Shown in pieces: positions 60,292-64,000 of a stretch of DNA of 64,000 nt; the first letter of the stretch is position 1, and every line of letters starts with the position of its first letter. The notes beneath the pieces were generated by a model. It saw only the letters and a list, made by a program, of their open reading frames with translations, searched no databases and was not told the DNA's origin. The translations under genes and the position numbers were made by a program. This DNA comes from a virus, in the IMG/VR virus record IMGVR_UViG_3300045988_061465, positions 72,493 to 136,492 of that record. One strand, given 5' to 3'.

Positions 60292-62112
60292 ATGGCAGCT
60301 ATCAAATCTATAAAGGTTGGAGAAACCGTATATGACTTAAAGGCTACCTATGATGGCTCTGGAAATGCTATAGATTAGACATACGCAAAATCTAGTGCCA
60401 TTCCAACTAAAGTGTCTTAGTTATAGAATGATGAAAATTATTTAAAGGAACACTAGGATATAAGTGGTTTAGCTACTAAAACGGAGTTGGAAGGTAAGGT
60501 AGATAAAGAATTAGGAAAAGGACTTTCTGAAGCTAATTACACAAAAACTGAAAAACAGAAACTTAGTGGTATTGCAGATAATGCAAATAATTATGTACAC
60601 CCAACTACTTCTGGAAATAAACACATACCTGCTGGAGGAGCACTTGGATAGATTTTAACCTTTTCTGAAGATGGGACTGCATAGTGGGCAGATACTAGTA
60701 CTAAGTTAGAGGAACAATTTGATGCTCTTAATACTGCTTGGGAAGAATTACAAAAAGAACAATAGAGTCTAAGCAAACAAGTCACAGAGTTAAGCAGTAA
60801 CGTAGACTTATACTCTTATGGGGTAGAATGGGATATTACCGTATCTTCTCCTATCCTTACTAGAATAGGAAACCCACTGTTACATAAATCCCTTCCTATT
60901 TAGTCTGCTTACAGAGGATGTGTAGCAAATAACGGTGTGGTAAATTACTATTTATATCCGGACGATTGGGCTTACAAAGAAGATAGGAGTACTCCTTCTG
61001 TGCTTGATGGAACCGACGGGACTGTAAGAGTCCATACTCCTAAATTTTATGGTAAATCAGGCTCTAATGGAAATAAAAGATGGGTTAGAATTTCTCTAGT
61101 AAAGCTTGATGATTCGTGGGCGGAAATACCAGAACTATTAATTGACGCATATAGAAATACAGTTGACAATACTGTGTCAGAAACCCCTAAAGCTGTGTCC
61201 GTGGTCAATACTACAGAAGCATTTAGAGGCGGTGGAAATAGAGCACAATTCGATGAGTATCTAACTACTAAACTTGATACCAAAGATGCTTTTAGAAGCG
61301 ATTTAGGAAAACCTAGAACTAATGTTTCTAGAGCTAATATGAGAACTTATGCCACAAATGCAGGCTCTGAATTATTGTGTTATGAATATTATAAATGGAT
61401 ATTCTACTGGAACTATGTAATAGAATACGCTAACTTTAACTCTCAGGCTGCCTATAATGCTGAGCTTACTTCTGATGGTTATCGTCAAGGAGGACTTGGT
61501 CCTGGAGTTACAGACTGGAGTAACTCTGCTACAAGTTGGTCTGGATATAATGGAACCTATCCTATTACTCCATGTGGTTATTGTAATGATATTGGTAACT
61601 TCACTGGAATCAAAGATTTAGTTATTCCAGAATGTACTGCAACAAACGGAACAGATACAGTAGCGACTAAGACATTTAAAGTTCCAAGATGGAGAGGTTT
61701 TGATAATCCATTTGGAGATATTTGGACAAACCTAGATGGAGTAGTTATTCAAAGAACTGCGGCAAATGAAATCAGTAGTGTATATACTACTACAAACAAG
61801 GAAGAGTTTACTGACGTAATTGGCGACAAGACTATAGCAGGATATGAGGTAGTACAAGATGGATACATTAAAGAGTTTGACTTGGGAGAGACAGCAGAGA
61901 TTATACCATCTTCTTGTACTGGAGCTTCAACTACAACTTATATGTGTGATTACCACTATTGCAACGCTAGCTCTACAGCGCTTCGCACGCTACTGGTGGG
62001 CGGCCGTGCGGTTGATGGTGGCGGTGCGGGTCTTGGCTATTTCGGTTCTTACTGTGGCGTCGGCGATGCCGATTCCAATGTTGGGTTCAGGACTCTAAAC
62101 AGAGTATCTTAA
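60292..62112 (+). CDS. tail fiber, DGR target; C-terminal C-type-lectin/FGE-like variable domain ending ...NVGFR
   Basis: The N-terminus carries a phage tail-fiber-type motif (KSSAIPTKVS[TAG]L[TAG]NDENYL...ANYTKTEKQKLSGIADNANNYVHPTTSGNKHIP). Links to ORF-track 60937..62112. The last 35 codons are the GC-rich VR1. Confidence 0.7.
61990..62085 (+). repeat. DGR variable repeat 1 (VR1) at the 3' end of the tail-fiber gene
   Basis: Aligns over 96 nt with the TR. All about 31 mismatches sit at TR adenines. About 65 percent GC in an AT-rich genome. Encodes LVGGRAVDGGGAGLGYFGSYCGVGDADSNVGFR. Confidence 0.8.
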
Positions 62113-62189
62113 GATATAAAATATAGAAATCGATTTAGATATAAATCGTAGGATATTACTTCTAAAAACCGTTGGTTGGCAAAAAAGAA

Positions 62190-62285
62190 CTACTAGTAGG
62201 CAGCAATGCGAATAATGGTAGCAATGCAGGTCTTAGCTATTTCAATTCTAACAATGACGTCAGCAATGCCAATTCCAATGTTGAG
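62190..62285 (+). repeat. DGR template repeat (TR), Asn-codon-rich
   Basis: ctactagtaggcagcaatgcgaataatggtagcaatgcagg... In the VR frame it encodes LVGSNANNGSNAGLSYFNSNNDVSNANSNVE, with adenines in AAY/AGC codons. It sits in the intergenic gap between the tail fiber and the RT. Confidence 0.8.
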
Positions 62286-62428
62286 TTATTATATATTTAG
62301 AACAATTTATTTTATTTTTTTTTAGTTTGTTAAGTGATATCCTTGCCTCTAGGCAAAAGACAACGTAGTGTTAAATGAAGGGTGTTAGTAGGTTAAATCT
62401 CGAAAGCTTCCGATGAAATATATAAAAA

Positions 62429-63652
62429 TTGAAACGTGTAGGATATTTGCACGAACGAGTGTATGATTTGAAAAACATCGAATTAGCTGATGATAAGGCT
62501 AGAAGAAATAAGTCAATTCGATGTGGTATTAAGTAGCATGATAAGAATAGATTAGAAGAAAATAAGGAATTATCAGACAAATTAAAATAGCTAATCTATT
62601 AGACTTCTGAATATAGTACATTTATAATATATGAGCCTAAAGAAAGATTAATCTTTAGACTTCCATATTACCCTGATAGAATCACTCATCACGCTATAAT
62701 GAATATTATGGAACCTATCTGGACCAGCATTTTTATAGATTAGACATATTCCTCTATAAGAAATAGAGGGATTCATAAGGTAGAGTGTGATTTATTCAAG
62801 GTATTGTAGAAATACCCAGATGAAACTAAATACTGCCTAAAAATGGATATAAGAAAATTTTATCCATCTATAACACATGACATCCTGTATGAGATGTTGT
62901 AGAAGAAAATAAAGGATAAGAAACTGTTAAGTCTATTGAAGGAAATAATATATTCAGCCAAAGGAGTTCCTATTGGGAACTATCTATCATAGTTCTTTGC
63001 AAATTTATATCTGACATATTTTGACCACTGGATAAAAGAGGAGTTAAAATGTAAGTACTACTTTCGATATGCTGACGATATTGTGATTCTTGGTAATGAC
63101 AAGAATTATTTGAGAAATGTATTAGTATCTATAAAACTGTATTTAAAACAAGTTCTTAATTTAGAATTAAAACCTAACTACTAGATATTTCCAGTAGAAA
63201 GTAGAGGAGTAGATTTTGTAGGCTACAAATTTTACCACACTCACGTTCTATTAAGAAAATCTATAAAAATGAGAATGTTTAAGCTTATAAATCTATATAA
63301 GCAAAATAAGATTGATAGAGAAGAATTGGAAAGAAGAATGAGATCTTATTTCGGATGGATGAAATTCTGTAATTCTAAGAATTTGTTGAAAAAGATAGAA
63401 ACTTTGACTGGTTTGAAGTTCTCAAATTGGAATGGAAAGGAAGTCAATATATCTAAGTTTTATAATAAATATATTCACATTATAGAGGTAGTTGATTATC
63501 ATAGCCATTTTAGAGTGCACTTTATGTATAACAACAAACCCTATTATTTTAAAAGCAAGAATAAGAAATTACATTATTCTTTGATTAGATACAAATTTCC
63601 TATAAATTTTAAAGTAACACCTTATGTTAGAACCGAATAGAATACAAACTGA
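62429..63652 (+). CDS. DGR reverse transcriptase, 9 in-frame TAG codons
   Basis: Hand translation contains TFIIYEPKERLIFRLPYYPDRITHHAIMNIMEPIW (RT motifs 1-2), MDIRKFYPSITHDIL (motif 3), GVPIGNYLS[TAG]FFANLYL (motif 4, where the DGR-RT-conserved Q of the SQ dipeptide is encoded by TAG), YFRYADDIVILGND (motif 5 YADD) and FVGYKFYHTHVLLRKSIKMR (thumb). Start is TTG at 62429 or GTG at 62459. Ends at TGA. ORF-track 63269..63640 is its C-terminal piece. Confidence 0.8.
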
Positions 63653-64000
63653 TATTTGTCCTCAAATAATTCAAAAACTTGGAAATGGAACATATTATTA
63701 TAACTATGATATATAGGAATCTAATATTTTAGTTTTAAATGAGGAAAATCAAGAAAAAAAAGAAACTAGTTATAATTTTATACAAGTTTTAATAACTGGA
63801 TAGCCTAATTATAAAGATTGCGTTAAAGCAGTAATTAGAAGTTTTCTTACTATTGATGAAGAATTTGATTTAATTAATTCTTACAACAGCTATTCAGAAA
63901 ATCTTATAGATGATTTTGAAATTGTTAATTAGTATAAAGAATATTTAAACTTATTAAAATAGATTAAAACTAAAGTTAAAGATGACTTTACTAAATTATG
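63624..64000 (+). CDS. TAG-containing ORF of unknown function, partial (runs off window end)
   Basis: ATG at 63624 overlaps the RT 3' end. Frame MLEPNRIQTDICPQIIQKLGNGTYYYNYDI[TAG]ESNILVLNEEN... has at least 3 in-frame TAG and no TAA/TGA up to position 64000. Confidence 0.3.

Noticed and set aside
61047-62098. ORFs 61047..61283 (-) and 61859..62098 (+)
   Set aside because: Antisense or off-frame shadows within the tail-fiber gene. The second is created by the GC-rich VR1.
1-64000. CRISPR array, integrase, and transposase search
   Set aside because: No regularly spaced direct repeats and no tyrosine or serine recombinase motifs were seen in any long ORF. The orphan tRNA halves could be attP-like but without an integrase this is not supported.

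Overview
This window reads as a 64-kb piece of a large tailed bacteriophage genome. The genome is AT-rich and probably has a Bacteroidota-like host, judged from an OmpA-family protein and lipoprotein signal peptides. It has four notable layers. (1) Positions 1-40,480 form a leftward (minus-strand) early and metabolic module written in the standard genetic code. It includes an SF2 helicase, a Prs-like plus NAMPT-like NAD module, RNase H, HNH endonucleases, an OmpA-like protein, a GH73 lysozyme, an AAA+ ATPase, a flotillin/NfeD pair, a radical-SAM protein and a 2H phosphoesterase. (2) Interleaved with it are about 27 minus-strand tRNA genes, several truncated tRNA fragments and a tmRNA. (3) From about 44.3 kb onward the genes use TAG as a sense codon, almost certainly read as Gln. 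These include TerL, portal, structural proteins and tail fibers. A plus-strand amber-suppressor tRNA-Gln(CUA) sits at 44822-44893 at the head of this module. A few TAG-containing genes are also embedded in the early region. (4) A diversity-generating retroelement (DGR) is present. It has a TAG-containing reverse transcriptase at 62429-63652, a template repeat at 62190-62285 and a variable repeat at the 3' end of the tail-fiber gene at 61990-62085. A second, remote variable repeat lies in a small early-region gene at 35151-35246 on the minus strand. The two variable repeats are the only GC-rich islands in the window. All late-region coordinates were derived by hand translation with TAG read as sense and may be off by a few nucleotides. 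No database search was possible, so product names rest on motifs visible in the translations.
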